DNA of 64,000 bases, taken from Candidatus Eiseniibacteriota bacterium. Lineage in GTDB: Bacteria > Eisenbacteria > RBG-16-71-46. Below the pieces are notes generated by a model. That model was not told the DNA's origin. It worked only from the letters and a program-made list of their open reading frames with translations, and made no database searches. The stretch is taken from contig CAVSAC010000010.1 of NCBI GenBank assembly GCA_963725865.1, positions 64,001 through 128,000 on the forward strand, in the 5' to 3' direction. Both the position numbers and the translations under genes were made by a program. Below are positions 17,818 to 28,359 of this stretch, one piece after another; position 1 is the first letter of the stretch, and each line of letters opens with the position of its first letter.

Positions 17818-19172
17818 GACGCCCCTCCCGCGTTGGCGGAGGTCGGAGCCGACCGCAGGGCCGCGGCCCAGCGCTCGATCTCCTCGGCGGACCGCTGTTC
17901 CGTCACGGCGACCAGCAGCCAGCGCCGCCATTCGGGGCGGAACTGTCCGAGGTCGACGCCCGCGAGCACGCCGTGCCCGATGCCGGCACGCACGACCTGG
18001 GCCGCGTCCACCGGGCACTCCAGCACGAACTCGCGGAAGAACGCGCCCGCATGGGCCAGCCGGTAGCCCGGGATCTCCGCCGCCAGCCGCGCCGCGTGAT
18101 GCGTCTTCTGGACGCAGAGCTCCGCCACCTCGCGCATGCCCTCGCGTCCCAGCAGGCCCATGTGGATGGTCGCCCGCAGCGCGAGCAGCCCCTGGTTGGT
18201 GCAGATGTTCGAGGTCGCCTTCTCGCGGCGGATGTGCTGCTCGCGGGTCTGGAGCGTGAGCACGAAACCACGCCGCCCGCTCTTGTCGACGGTCTGGGCC
18301 GCGAGGCGGCCCGGCATGCGGCGCAGCAGCGACTTGGTGCAGGCGAAGAATCCGAGCAGCGGTCCGCCGAACGACGGCGGGTTGCCGAGGCTCTGTCCCT
18401 CGCCGACCACCAGGTCGGCCCCCGTGGCACCCGGCGGCTCCAGCAGCGCGAGCGCGATCGGGTCGGCGCACGCGATCGCGAGCGCTCCCACTTCGTGCGC
18501 GAGGCCGTGGACCGTGGCCGGACTCTCGAGCAGGCCAAAGAAGTTCGGGTGCTGGTACACCACGCACGCGACGTCGTTCCCGACCGCGGCGCGCAGGTCG
18601 GGGGCAGAGCACACGCCGCCGCGATCCGCCACCACCGTCAGGTCGCGCCCGTCCAGGTAGGTGCGCAGCACGCCGAGGTAGTGCGGATGCAGCGCACCCG
18701 CCACCACCACGCGCGCGCGGCCGGTCTGCGAGCGCGCCAGCAGCGCCGCCTCCACGACCGCGGTCGCGCCGTCGTACATCGAGGCATTCGCGACGTCGCA
18801 GCCGGTCAGCTCCGCGATCATGCTCTGGAACTCGAAGATCGCCGTCAGCGTGCCCTGCGCCACCTCCGGCTGGTAGGGCGTGTACGCAGTCGCGAACTCC
18901 GAGCGCATCGACAGCGCGTTCACCGCGGCGGGGATGTAGTGGTCGTAGAGACCCCCGCCCAGGAACGACACCGCGCGGTCGGCCGCGTTCTCGCGGGCCC
19001 AGCCGCCGAGGAGGCGTCGAAGCTCGATCTCGGAGAGCGGCCCCGGGATGTCGAGCGGCCGGTCCAGCAGGGCGGTCTTCGGGATCGCCCCCACCAGATC
19101 CTCGAATCGCTGTACCCCGATCGCCGCGAGCATCCGCCGCTCCTCGGACGGGGATCGTCCGATCGGACTCAT
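17814..19172 (-). CDS. gcvPA: glycine dehydrogenase subunit 1
   Basis: TAYTPYQPEVAQG, NASMYDGATA, TREQHIRREKATSNICTNQ. Confidence 0.97.
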   Translation of the reverse strand: MSPIGRSPSEERRMLAAIGVQRFEDLVGAIPKTALLDRPLDIPGPLSEIELRRLLGGWARENAADRAVSFLGGGLYDHYIPAAVNALSMRSEFATAYTPYQPEVAQGTLTAIFEFQSMIAELTGCDVANASMYDGATAVVEAALLARSQTGRARVVVAGALHPHYLGVLRTYLDGRDLTVVADRGGVCSAPDLRAAVGNDVACVVYQHPNFFGLLESPATVHGLAHEVGALAIACADPIALALLEPPGATGADLVVGEGQSLGNPPSFGGPLLGFFACTKSLLRRMPGRLAAQTVDKSGRRGFVLTLQTREQHIRREKATSNICTNQGLLALRATIHMGLLGREGMREVAELCVQKTHHAARLAAEIPGYRLAHAGAFFREFVLECPVDAAQVVRAGIGHGVLAGVDLGQFRPEWRRWLLVAVTEQRSAEEIERWAAALRSAPTSANAGGAS

Positions 19173-19558
19173 GCGTGCTGCTCCTCGATCAGGCGCTCGT
19201 AGTCGGCGCGGCTCAGGAGCTTCTCGAGATCCTTCGCGTTGCGCGGGCGCAGCTTGATCATCCATCCGTTGCCGTAGGGATCCTGGTTCACGAGCGCGGG
19301 GTTGTCGGTGAGGTCGCCGTTCACCTCGACCACCTCACCGGCGAGCGGGGCGAACAGGTCGCTGACCGTCTTGACCGCCTCCACCACGCCGAAGGCCTTC
19401 ATCTCCTCGAGCGGCTTGCCGGGTGCGGGAAGCTCCACGAACACCACGTCTCCCAGCTGCTCGGTCGCGTACGAGGTGATGCCCACCGTCACCAGCCCGC
19501 CTTCGAGGCGGGCCCACTCGTGCTCGGGGGTATAGCGGACGTCGTCGGGATAGCTCAA
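19169..19558 (-). CDS. gcvH: glycine cleavage system H protein
   Basis: HEWAR, GITSYATEQLGDVVFVELP, lipoyl lysine VEAVKTVSD; TTG start with GGAGG RBS. Confidence 0.97.
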   Translation of the reverse strand: MSYPDDVRYTPEHEWARLEGGLVTVGITSYATEQLGDVVFVELPAPGKPLEEMKAFGVVEAVKTVSDLFAPLAGEVVEVNGDLTDNPALVNQDPYGNGWMIKLRPRNAKDLEKLLSRADYERLIEEQHA

Positions 19559-19577
19559 GGGTTCCTCCGTGAGCGGC

Positions 19578-20687
19578 TCACTTGAGTCGCGAGCCCTGGG
19601 TGTAGAACGGCATCCTGGTCACGCGCGCGGGCAGCCGGGTCTCGCCGGCGACGACGTCGAGGGCGGTGCCCAACGGGGCGAGCGCCGTCTCGACGTAGCC
19701 CATCGCGATCGGTTTATGCAGGCTGGGGCTGAACGTGCCGCTGGTCACGCGGCCGACCACCCGGCCGCCCTGCTCGATCGGCATGTCGTGGCGGGGCACC
19801 CGGCGGCCGTCGCATTCGAGCCCCACGAGCCGGCGGGTGAGCCCCTGTTCCTTCTGCCGCACGAGCACGTCGCGTCCGCTGAACTCGCCCTTCTGGAGCT
19901 TCACCGTCCAGCCGAGTCCCGCCTCGAGCGGCGACGTGGTGTCGTCGATGTCGTTTCCATAGAGCATGTAGCCCATCTCGAGCCGCAGCGTGTCGCGCGC
20001 GCCGAGGCCCACCAGCTCGAGCCCGTGCGGCCGGCCCGCCGCCATCAGGCCCTCCCACACCGCCGGCGCGTGGCGCGGGTGGAAGTACAGCTCGAAGCCG
20101 TCCTCGCCCGTGTACCCGGTGCGGGCGATGACCGCTTCCACGCCGAACAGCGCGCCGGTCACGAGGCGGTAGTACCGCAGGTCGAGTGCCGCGTCCGGGA
20201 CGTGGCCGCGCAGCACGGCGGCCGCCTTCGGGCCCTGGAGCGCGAGCAGCGCGGTTGCGTCGGACACATCCGTGAACTCGACGCCGGCCGGGACGGACTG
20301 CTTCAGCCAGGCGAAGTCCTTCGCCATGTTCGACGCGTTCACGATCACCATGTAGTGGTCGGGCAGCCGATAGACGAGCAGGTCGTCGACGATGCCACCG
20401 TCGGGCCGGCACATCGGCGAGTACATGGCCTGGCCGACCTCCATCGCCGCGACATGGTTGGTGATCGCGCGGTCGAGGAACGCGGTGGCGCCGACGCCGC
20501 GGACGAGGAACTCGCCCATGTGCGAGACGTCGAAGAGGCCGGCGGTGGTGCGCACGCACTGGTGCTCGCGTACGTCCCCGGTATAGCGAACCGGCATCTC
20601 GAAGCCGGCGAAATCGATGAGCCGCCCGCCCGCCGCCTGATGGAAGGCGTGGAAGGGCGTGCGCTTGACGGTGCTGGCGCCGTTCAC
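19578..20687 (-). CDS. gcvT: glycine cleavage system aminomethyltransferase T
   Basis: KRTPFH, FAGFEMPVRY, GLFDVSHMGE, RTGYTGEDGFE, GLGARDTLRLE; GTG 20687 chosen for GGAG spacing. Confidence 0.96.
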   Translation of the reverse strand: MNGASTVKRTPFHAFHQAAGGRLIDFAGFEMPVRYTGDVREHQCVRTTAGLFDVSHMGEFLVRGVGATAFLDRAITNHVAAMEVGQAMYSPMCRPDGGIVDDLLVYRLPDHYMVIVNASNMAKDFAWLKQSVPAGVEFTDVSDATALLALQGPKAAAVLRGHVPDAALDLRYYRLVTGALFGVEAVIARTGYTGEDGFELYFHPRHAPAVWEGLMAAGRPHGLELVGLGARDTLRLEMGYMLYGNDIDDTTSPLEAGLGWTVKLQKGEFSGRDVLVRQKEQGLTRRLVGLECDGRRVPRHDMPIEQGGRVVGRVTSGTFSPSLHKPIAMGYVETALAPLGTALDVVAGETRLPARVTRMPFYTQGSRLK

Positions 20688-20841
20688 GGGACACTCCACG
20701 AGGGGAATGAACGCAACCTAGCGAGGGCCCCGGGAACAGGCAGCTCGTCCCCGGTGCCGGAACGCGGCGGAGCATACCGGAACGCGGGCGCGCGAGCGAA
20801 GCGACCCGCGGCCGCGAGGCCGCCGCGCCCGACGACGCGAC

Positions 20842-20873
20842 GGGCCCCGCGTCTCGACAGCGCCGCGGGGCCC
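20842..20873 (-). terminator. GC-rich hairpin downstream of the S8 protease gene
   Basis: GGGCCCCGCG...CGCGGGGCCC 10-bp inverted repeat about 20 nt after the stop; weak U-tract. Confidence 0.45.
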
Positions 20874-20893
20874 ATCGGTGAAGCGGAGGGCGA

Positions 20894-23659
20894 CTACTGT
20901 TGGACGACCACGCGCCGGGTCAGCTCGTGGCCGGTGGACTGCAGCCGGATGAAGTACACGCCCGCCAGAGCGCGGTGGCCGGAGATCTCGCCGGTCCACA
21001 CCGTCTGGTAGCGGCCCGCGGGATGCACGCCGTTCCGCAGCATCGCCACCTCGCGACCCTGCACGTCGAGGACCGCGACCTTCACGTTCGTCGAGCGTGG
21101 AACCGCGTATTCGATGCGCGCCATGCCCGACGTCGGGTTGGGGGCGATCTTCGACAGGCTGAAGTCGAGGATGCGCTCGCCCGCGGTGCCTGAGATCGGA
21201 CCGAACGTGGCCGACCCGCCGCTCGCACGCTGCGCGTTCAGCCGGTACCAGTACGTCTGTCCGACTACCACGTCGGCGTCGAGCGCGATCGCGAACGTGC
21301 CTTCGATCCGCTGCTGCGCCGCAATCGCCTGCCACGGGCCGGTGGCACTGGGCGCGCGCTCCACCGTCACCGCCGACCAGGCAGTCGGGTCGCCGAACTG
21401 CCAGCGCAGCTCGATCCCGCGGTCGCGGGCGTTCATCTCGAACAGTGACATCAGCGTGCCGGTGGCGCCGTCGTACAGCGTGAATTCGGCGTCGCTGACG
21501 TCCTCGCCCAGGTTGGCCTCGGCGTCGTGCGCCACCACCTTGAAGATCGCGTGGGTGGTGCCGGGACCGGTGGCGTTCCACGGATACGATCCGCTGTTCG
21601 GCACGCCCAGGGCGATCGTCTCCCAGGGTCCGCCGACGCCGGAGCGCGACAGGTACAGGTCGACGAGCGTCACACCGACGTTGTCGGTCGCGGTCCAGCC
21701 GAGGATCGTGCCGCCGCCGATCAGCAGGTTCTCGCCGCCGTTCGGGAACAACACCGCGACGCTCGGGTCGACGAGGTCGCCGAGCCAGAGCTTGCCGTTG
21801 CCGAAGTCGGCGTTCCACACCGTGCCGGTGTTGCCGTCGATCACGGCGTGGGTGAACAGGTAGGCGCGGACCTCGGCCGGTGTCAGCGCGCCATACTTCT
21901 GCATCAGGAGCGCGGTCGCGCCGGCGACGTGCGGAGCCGCCATGCTGGTGCCCTGGTTGATCACGTGGTTGCTGCCGTCGTTGAGCAGGGCCGAGGCGGT
22001 CGCACCGCAGGTGCCGGTCGCGTCGAACGAACGCGTGGAGCCGATGCCCATGCCGGGCGCGGCGAGGTCCGGCTTCTGCCGGCCGTCGCGGGTCGGACCG
22101 GGGCTGGAGAACGTGGCGATCGCGCCGAGCGGAGCCGGCGAGCTGTACGACACCGAGCGGCCGCCGCAGTCGAACCAGCTGTTCTTGGTCTCCCACGCCG
22201 CGACAGTGATGACGCCCGTCGCGTTGCCGGGCTCGCTCACCAGCTCGGAGTTCGTCATGCCGGTGGCGAAGTTTGCGACCAGCGCGCTGCTCGAGACGTA
22301 GTAGCGCCATAGGTCCACTTCGCCGTTCGCGGCGCCGAGGGTGACCGGGATGAACGTCAGCGTCCACGTGCCGTTGATCGAGTTGCCGGTCAGGCCCGTG
22401 AGCTCGACGTAGACCTCGCGCGCGCCGGCCGGGGTCGTGAACACACCGTTCTCGACGTAGACCCGCCCGGCCCCCGTGTACGTCACGCCGGGGTACGCGC
22501 CGTTGACGGCGCCGAGCGCCAGCGGTCCGATCACGGTGCCGTTGGGCGCGGTGATCCTGACGTTGATGGTCTCGGTCCCGTTGTAGTAGCCGTCGATCGC
22601 GAGCAGGCGGTTGTTGGCCGAGCCCGAGACCGCCAGCGTGATGTTCGAGCCCGCGCCGGCAGCGAGCGTCTGCGCGTGCTTGTTCGAGCCGCGGTCGTTG
22701 CCGGCGGACACCACGACCACCTGGCCGGGACCGGTGAGCGCGGTCAGGCCGGACTCGAAGTCGCTGGTGCCGTCGTGCGGACCGAACTGAGAGCCGAGCG
22801 ACAGATTCACGACCGCCTGCTTCCCGAGCGCCGCGGCGCGCCCCATGACGTAGGCGACGCCGTCGACGATGCTCGACGTGAAGAAGTCGGTCTTCACCTC
22901 GACGATGTCCGCCATCGGGGCCATGCCCACGTACGTAAACGCCGGGATCGCGCCGCCGGTCTGGCTGCCGTCGCCGGCCGCGATGCCCATCACGTGCGTG
23001 CCGTGACCGCCGCCGCTGGCGATGGCGCCGGGGTCGGTCTCGGTGCAAGTGCCCCCGTCGATCTGCGCCTTCGTCCACTCGGTGCCGGCCGAGTAGCCCG
23101 CCGGCGGCGTGCCGACGACGGTCTGGTCCCAAATGTTCAGGATGCGCGTCAGTCCGCCCGCGTCCTTGAAGTCGCCGTGGTGGATGTCGATCCCCGAGTC
23201 CACATCGCCGATCAGGACGCCGTTGCCGTTGAGCCCCGCGAATGCCGGGCCGGCACCACGCAGCAGATTCGCGCCGGTGGTGGGCACGCTCGCGTCGAGG
23301 TTCGGCTCGGCCAGCACCGCGCCGCGGATGCTGGTGACGCCGTCGAGCGCCGCCACCTGGTCGATGGCGCCCAGCGGAACGAACGCGGTGAAGAGCCCCG
23401 GCAGCTCGGTGCGCACCTGGACCCCGAACGCCTCCAGTTGCGAACGTGATACCGAACCGCGGATGAACACGTCGAGGTCTCCGGTCGCGGAGACCGACGC
23501 GCCCTCGAGCCTGACCTGCGCGGGCGCGATGCCGCTGCGTAATTCCGCGACCGCGATGCGCGCGCGAGCGTCCAGCTTCGACGTCTCGGCGAACGCGGCC
23601 GAGGCCACGAACGCCAAGAGTAGAGAGAGCATCCACACTGTAGTCGTCGTCCGACTCAA
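20894..23659 (-). CDS. secreted subtilisin-like S8 serine protease with Ig-like and FlgD-Ig/T9SS-like C-terminal domains
   Basis: Signal peptide; triad IGDVDSGID / GHGTHVMGIAAG / QGTSMAAPHVAG; oxyanion SAGND; C-terminus IAPNPTSG...LDVQGREV...AGVYFIRL; TTG start with GGAGGT RBS. Confidence 0.92.
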   Translation of the reverse strand: MSRTTTTVWMLSLLLAFVASAAFAETSKLDARARIAVAELRSGIAPAQVRLEGASVSATGDLDVFIRGSVSRSQLEAFGVQVRTELPGLFTAFVPLGAIDQVAALDGVTSIRGAVLAEPNLDASVPTTGANLLRGAGPAFAGLNGNGVLIGDVDSGIDIHHGDFKDAGGLTRILNIWDQTVVGTPPAGYSAGTEWTKAQIDGGTCTETDPGAIASGGGHGTHVMGIAAGDGSQTGGAIPAFTYVGMAPMADIVEVKTDFFTSSIVDGVAYVMGRAAALGKQAVVNLSLGSQFGPHDGTSDFESGLTALTGPGQVVVVSAGNDRGSNKHAQTLAAGAGSNITLAVSGSANNRLLAIDGYYNGTETINVRITAPNGTVIGPLALGAVNGAYPGVTYTGAGRVYVENGVFTTPAGAREVYVELTGLTGNSINGTWTLTFIPVTLGAANGEVDLWRYYVSSSALVANFATGMTNSELVSEPGNATGVITVAAWETKNSWFDCGGRSVSYSSPAPLGAIATFSSPGPTRDGRQKPDLAAPGMGIGSTRSFDATGTCGATASALLNDGSNHVINQGTSMAAPHVAGATALLMQKYGALTPAEVRAYLFTHAVIDGNTGTVWNADFGNGKLWLGDLVDPSVAVLFPNGGENLLIGGGTILGWTATDNVGVTLVDLYLSRSGVGGPWETIALGVPNSGSYPWNATGPGTTHAIFKVVAHDAEANLGEDVSDAEFTLYDGATGTLMSLFEMNARDRGIELRWQFGDPTAWSAVTVERAPSATGPWQAIAAQQRIEGTFAIALDADVVVGQTYWYRLNAQRASGGSATFGPISGTAGERILDFSLSKIAPNPTSGMARIEYAVPRSTNVKVAVLDVQGREVAMLRNGVHPAGRYQTVWTGEISGHRALAGVYFIRLQSTGHELTRRVVVQQ

Positions 23660-23808
23660 GGGCCACCTCCGTGAACGGGTTGTCGAGCGAGAGCCACGCG
23701 AGCGGTCGGGCTTCGAGGAGGAAGGGCCTCGTGTCTCGCCGCGGAACGGGAGGTTCGGATCCCGGAGTCGCGAAGATGCCCATCGACTCGATGCGCCTGA
23801 CGAGATCG

Positions 23809-23837
23809 ACTCTAGGGAGGCCCCGGCGCGATGTGAA
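23809..23837 (-). promoter_or_regulatory. candidate sigma70 promoter of the S8 protease gene
   Basis: TTCACA-N17-TAGAGT on the minus strand; the -35 overlaps a direct-repeat motif (see findings). Confidence 0.5.
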
Positions 23838-23967
23838 GGAGATGTCAGGAAAACGCGTGACCGCGCGCTGACATCACGTCTTCATCCCGCCAGTGCGCTC
23901 CGGACGCCGGGGATCGGCGTGCTCAGGGCGGACGCCGACTCGCGGGCCAGGCGGGCCCCCACCAACG

Positions 23968-23999
23968 CCGAAGGCCGGCGCTCACGCGCCGGCCTTCGG
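23968..23999 (-). terminator. hairpin downstream of the BNR-repeat protein gene
   Basis: CCGAAGGCCGGCGC-TCAC-GCGCCGGCCTTCGG, a perfect 14-bp stem about 17 nt after the stop. Confidence 0.6.
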
Positions 24000-24015
24000 T
24001 CGGACTGCAGCTCGA

Positions 24016-26892
24016 TCAGCGGACGATCGAGATCTTCGAGTTCAGGGTCTGGTGATTCTGGGTGAGGCGGATCATGTAGAAGCCCACCGGCAGACGCACA
24101 CCGCCGTCCATCGGGACCACATGGTAGCCCGCGCCCAGATGACCCACCGAGCTCTCGAACACACGACGACCATTGAGGTCGATGAGCTCGAGAGTCGCCG
24201 GAGAGTCGTCCATCAGCGAGAACGAGATCGACAGCGGGCCATTGGTCGGGTTCGGGCGGCCACCGTGCAGCGCGAACATCGCGCGCGCCGGGATCGTCAG
24301 CCACGTCTCGCCCGCCGGGACCTCGCGGCCGTTCTGCGCCACGCCCAGGCGGTAGCCATAGCGGGCACCCCGCACCACGCCCGCGTCGTCGTAGGCCACG
24401 CGGCCGTCACCGTCCGGAATCACGGTCGCGACCAGGTCCCACGCTCCGCCGTCCGCTGCGCGGTACACGTGCACCGGCAAGGACGACGAGACGCTCCACA
24501 GCAGCTTCGCCCCGTTCGCGTCCGCCGTGGCGTTGATCAGGGCCGCCAGCGTCGGGGTCGCGATGTTGAGGACGTTTAGCGTGCGGCAGCAGGTCTTCAC
24601 GCAGGCCCCGCCGGCGCAGCTGACGGTGAAGCAGAGCTTCACGTCGCCGTTCGCCGCGGTGTCCGGGATCGCGATGCCGAACGACGCCAGCCCGGTCGCC
24701 AGCTCGGCGAGCGTCAGTGAACCGGAAGCCGGCAGGCCCGGCCAGTTGCGATCGACGGTCAGCGTGTAGTCCGCCGTGTTCGCGAACATGCCGTTGTCGT
24801 TCGTGACCGGGTAGGACACGTTCAGGATCGAGTTGGCGAGCACGGTGGTGTCGTTGCCGCAGAAGGTCGAGAATCCGATGCGGACCCGCGCGGCGAAGAC
24901 GTCCGGGTCACCGAGTCGGCCGTCGGCCCACGCCAGGCCGAGCGCGTCACCGCCGTACATGCCGTTGTAGTCGCCCTGGTTCGGCGCGATGTTGCTCAAC
25001 ACCTGGGTCCAGTTCGGCGTCGGAGCCGACGTGGCCACCAGGTTCGGCGCCCAGGTCGCGCCGCCGTTGGTCGAGCGCGTCACGTAGATGTTCGAGCCGC
25101 CGGCGCAGCTGCCGGGGGCGTCGCGGAAGTCCATCCACATGCCGTAGACGTTGCCGTCGCACGGCACCGCGACCTCGGGCAGCCAGTTGTCGTACAGCGG
25201 CAGGTCGTCGTTCATGCGCGTGGGCAGCCCCCACGTGATGCCGTCGTTCGACGCGACCACCATGGCGTCCCGCTGATCGCGCGCGACATCGAGGATGTTC
25301 GCCGTGTGCACGCCGGTGCGGATGCGGTAGCCCGCCGAGGTGCCCGCCACCGGGGTCCACCGGAGGAAGTAGTCGGCGGTGCTGGGCGCGGTCCACACGA
25401 CGAAGCCCTGCTGGCCGGCGGTCGAGGCGTTGCCGCCCATCGCGACGCGCGAGACGGCGATCGTGTCGTTCGGGCAGTAGACGCGAAGCGTGTAGCGCAG
25501 CGTCGAGCGCAGCGAGTCCACCCAGAAGATGTACGTGGTGCCCTGCACCGCGCTGAACTTCCAGTAGTCGCTGTCACTCGCCAGGGTCTGCACGCCGCGG
25601 ATGGTCTGGCCGATCGTGAACGGGGTCGCGTTCGCGAAGTTGCCGTTGTTCTCGACCTCGCTCTTGGCGCCACCGCCGCCGAGCAGGTCGACGTACCACT
25701 CGACCGTCTCGTTGTAGGTGACGTACAGGCGGCCGCGGTTCGGGCCCGTCGACCGGTCGCACGCGATGCCCGGCATCGTGAGGCCGCGCTCGCGGTTGAA
25801 GCCGGGGGCGCCGGTGCCGAAGTTGCTCAGCAGCGAGGCCGCGATCACCTCGGCGCCGAACGACACGCCGCCGTTCGTGGACTTGCGGACCTTCATGTAG
25901 TCGTAGTCGCTCACGGTCCCGATGGCGTAGTACACGACGTAGAGCTCGCCGTTCGGACCGACGCACGGACGCGAGCCCTGCACCAGGCCGTTGTCCGCCG
26001 CCGAGCTGATCTGCAGCGGCACGCTCCAGGTCAGACCGTTGTTGATCGAGCGCTGGAACCAGATCGCGTTGCCGCCCACCACGAACTTGGTGTAGGTCAG
26101 GTACAGGTTGCCGGTCGAGGAGTCGGCGCACATCCACTGCTTGTCGTACGCCTCCGTCGAGTTGGAGCCGCTGATCGTCACGACCGAGGGCTGCCACACG
26201 AAGGAGCCGCCGGAGAAGTTGCCGCGGAGCACGCCCACGCCGTTCGTCGAGCTCGGGTTGCTCGTGAGGCCGCAGTAGTAGAAGTCGCCGGTCTTCTCGT
26301 TGACGCCGACGACCGGGTCGCTCGTCCAGGTGGTGATCGCCGCGGTCCGCGGCGGGGTTCCGCCATCGATCCAGGTCGCGCCACCGTTGGTGGTGTAGCC
26401 CCAACCCTGGACGTCGCCCACCGGTGTCGAGTTGAAGCCCTGGCCGTCGTTCCAGGCGCACAGGCCGTTGTCGCCGATGAACGCGAGGTGCTGCTCGGCC
26501 TGGCCCGCGCCGGCGGCGTCGAGAGTCTTGTCGTTGGTCTTCGTGTTCGTGGGCACCACCAGCGTGTTGAGGACGTTGAACGGCGACATCTGCTGCCGCG
26601 TCATCGTCACCGGCACGTAGTCGTCATCGCCCAGCACCAGCTGGACCTTCTTGCCATGGGCGTGGCGGGCGCGACGGGCGCGCTCGCGCATCTCCTTGGC
26701 CTCCATGCGGCGCTCTTTGTATTCGTCCCGGATGAGCTGGATCTTGGTGTCCAGCACGCCCTGGTTGCCGCTCGCGCGGACCGGGGCATCGTCCTGGGCA
26801 TTCGCCGGCTGCGAGAACAGCGGCGTCGAGAGAGTCAACGCCGCGAGCGCCACGAACGTGGTGATGCGGGAGAGAGTACGGCTTGGGGACAT
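24016..26892 (-). CDS. large secreted BNR/Asp-box (sialidase-fold) beta-propeller protein with inserted PPC-like domain and T9SS-like C-terminal domain
   Basis: Signal peptide; Asp-box repeats TTNGGATW, SINNGLTW, STNGGVSF, SNDGITW, STNGGATW; EVENNGNFANAT...DSDYWKF insert; C-terminus RPNPTNG...IDLNGRRV...GFYMIRL; GGAGG RBS before ATG 26892. Confidence 0.8.
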   Translation of the reverse strand: MSPSRTLSRITTFVALAALTLSTPLFSQPANAQDDAPVRASGNQGVLDTKIQLIRDEYKERRMEAKEMRERARRARHAHGKKVQLVLGDDDYVPVTMTRQQMSPFNVLNTLVVPTNTKTNDKTLDAAGAGQAEQHLAFIGDNGLCAWNDGQGFNSTPVGDVQGWGYTTNGGATWIDGGTPPRTAAITTWTSDPVVGVNEKTGDFYYCGLTSNPSSTNGVGVLRGNFSGGSFVWQPSVVTISGSNSTEAYDKQWMCADSSTGNLYLTYTKFVVGGNAIWFQRSINNGLTWSVPLQISSAADNGLVQGSRPCVGPNGELYVVYYAIGTVSDYDYMKVRKSTNGGVSFGAEVIAASLLSNFGTGAPGFNRERGLTMPGIACDRSTGPNRGRLYVTYNETVEWYVDLLGGGGAKSEVENNGNFANATPFTIGQTIRGVQTLASDSDYWKFSAVQGTTYIFWVDSLRSTLRYTLRVYCPNDTIAVSRVAMGGNASTAGQQGFVVWTAPSTADYFLRWTPVAGTSAGYRIRTGVHTANILDVARDQRDAMVVASNDGITWGLPTRMNDDLPLYDNWLPEVAVPCDGNVYGMWMDFRDAPGSCAGGSNIYVTRSTNGGATWAPNLVATSAPTPNWTQVLSNIAPNQGDYNGMYGGDALGLAWADGRLGDPDVFAARVRIGFSTFCGNDTTVLANSILNVSYPVTNDNGMFANTADYTLTVDRNWPGLPASGSLTLAELATGLASFGIAIPDTAANGDVKLCFTVSCAGGACVKTCCRTLNVLNIATPTLAALINATADANGAKLLWSVSSSLPVHVYRAADGGAWDLVATVIPDGDGRVAYDDAGVVRGARYGYRLGVAQNGREVPAGETWLTIPARAMFALHGGRPNPTNGPLSISFSLMDDSPATLELIDLNGRRVFESSVGHLGAGYHVVPMDGGVRLPVGFYMIRLTQNHQTLNSKISIVR

Positions 26893-27077
26893 GGGAACGC
26901 CTCCTCCGATGGGTTGCGGTGCTGGGTGGTGCAGGGCGGCTGTATGCGGAAAGTGGTCAACGGCCGGGGGATGGCCACGTCCGTGTCCCACGAGACTGAC
27001 GCATGTTACAGGGATGTCAGGACGTTTTCCAAGAACTTTTCATGGAGGGAGGCCCGAGCGACACGGCGCCAGACGAA

Positions 27078-27110
27078 GACCGGCCGCCGCCCGGGAGGCG
27101 GCAGCCGGTC
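27078..27110 (-). terminator. intrinsic terminator-like hairpin after kbl
   Basis: GACCGGC-GCCGCC/GGCGGC-GCCGGTC stem followed on the minus strand by TTCGTCT. Confidence 0.55.
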
Positions 27111-27129
27111 CGGTGCTTCGGAGTGGCGC

Positions 27130-28341
<1,212 letters not shown>

Positions 28342-28359
28342 GTCATGGCTCCTCGAGCG

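Noticed and set aside
20690..20890. Glycine riboswitch upstream of gcvT
   Set aside because: No GGAGA...CCGAAG...CTCTCAGG pattern; only a hairpin and a TATGCT -10-like element.
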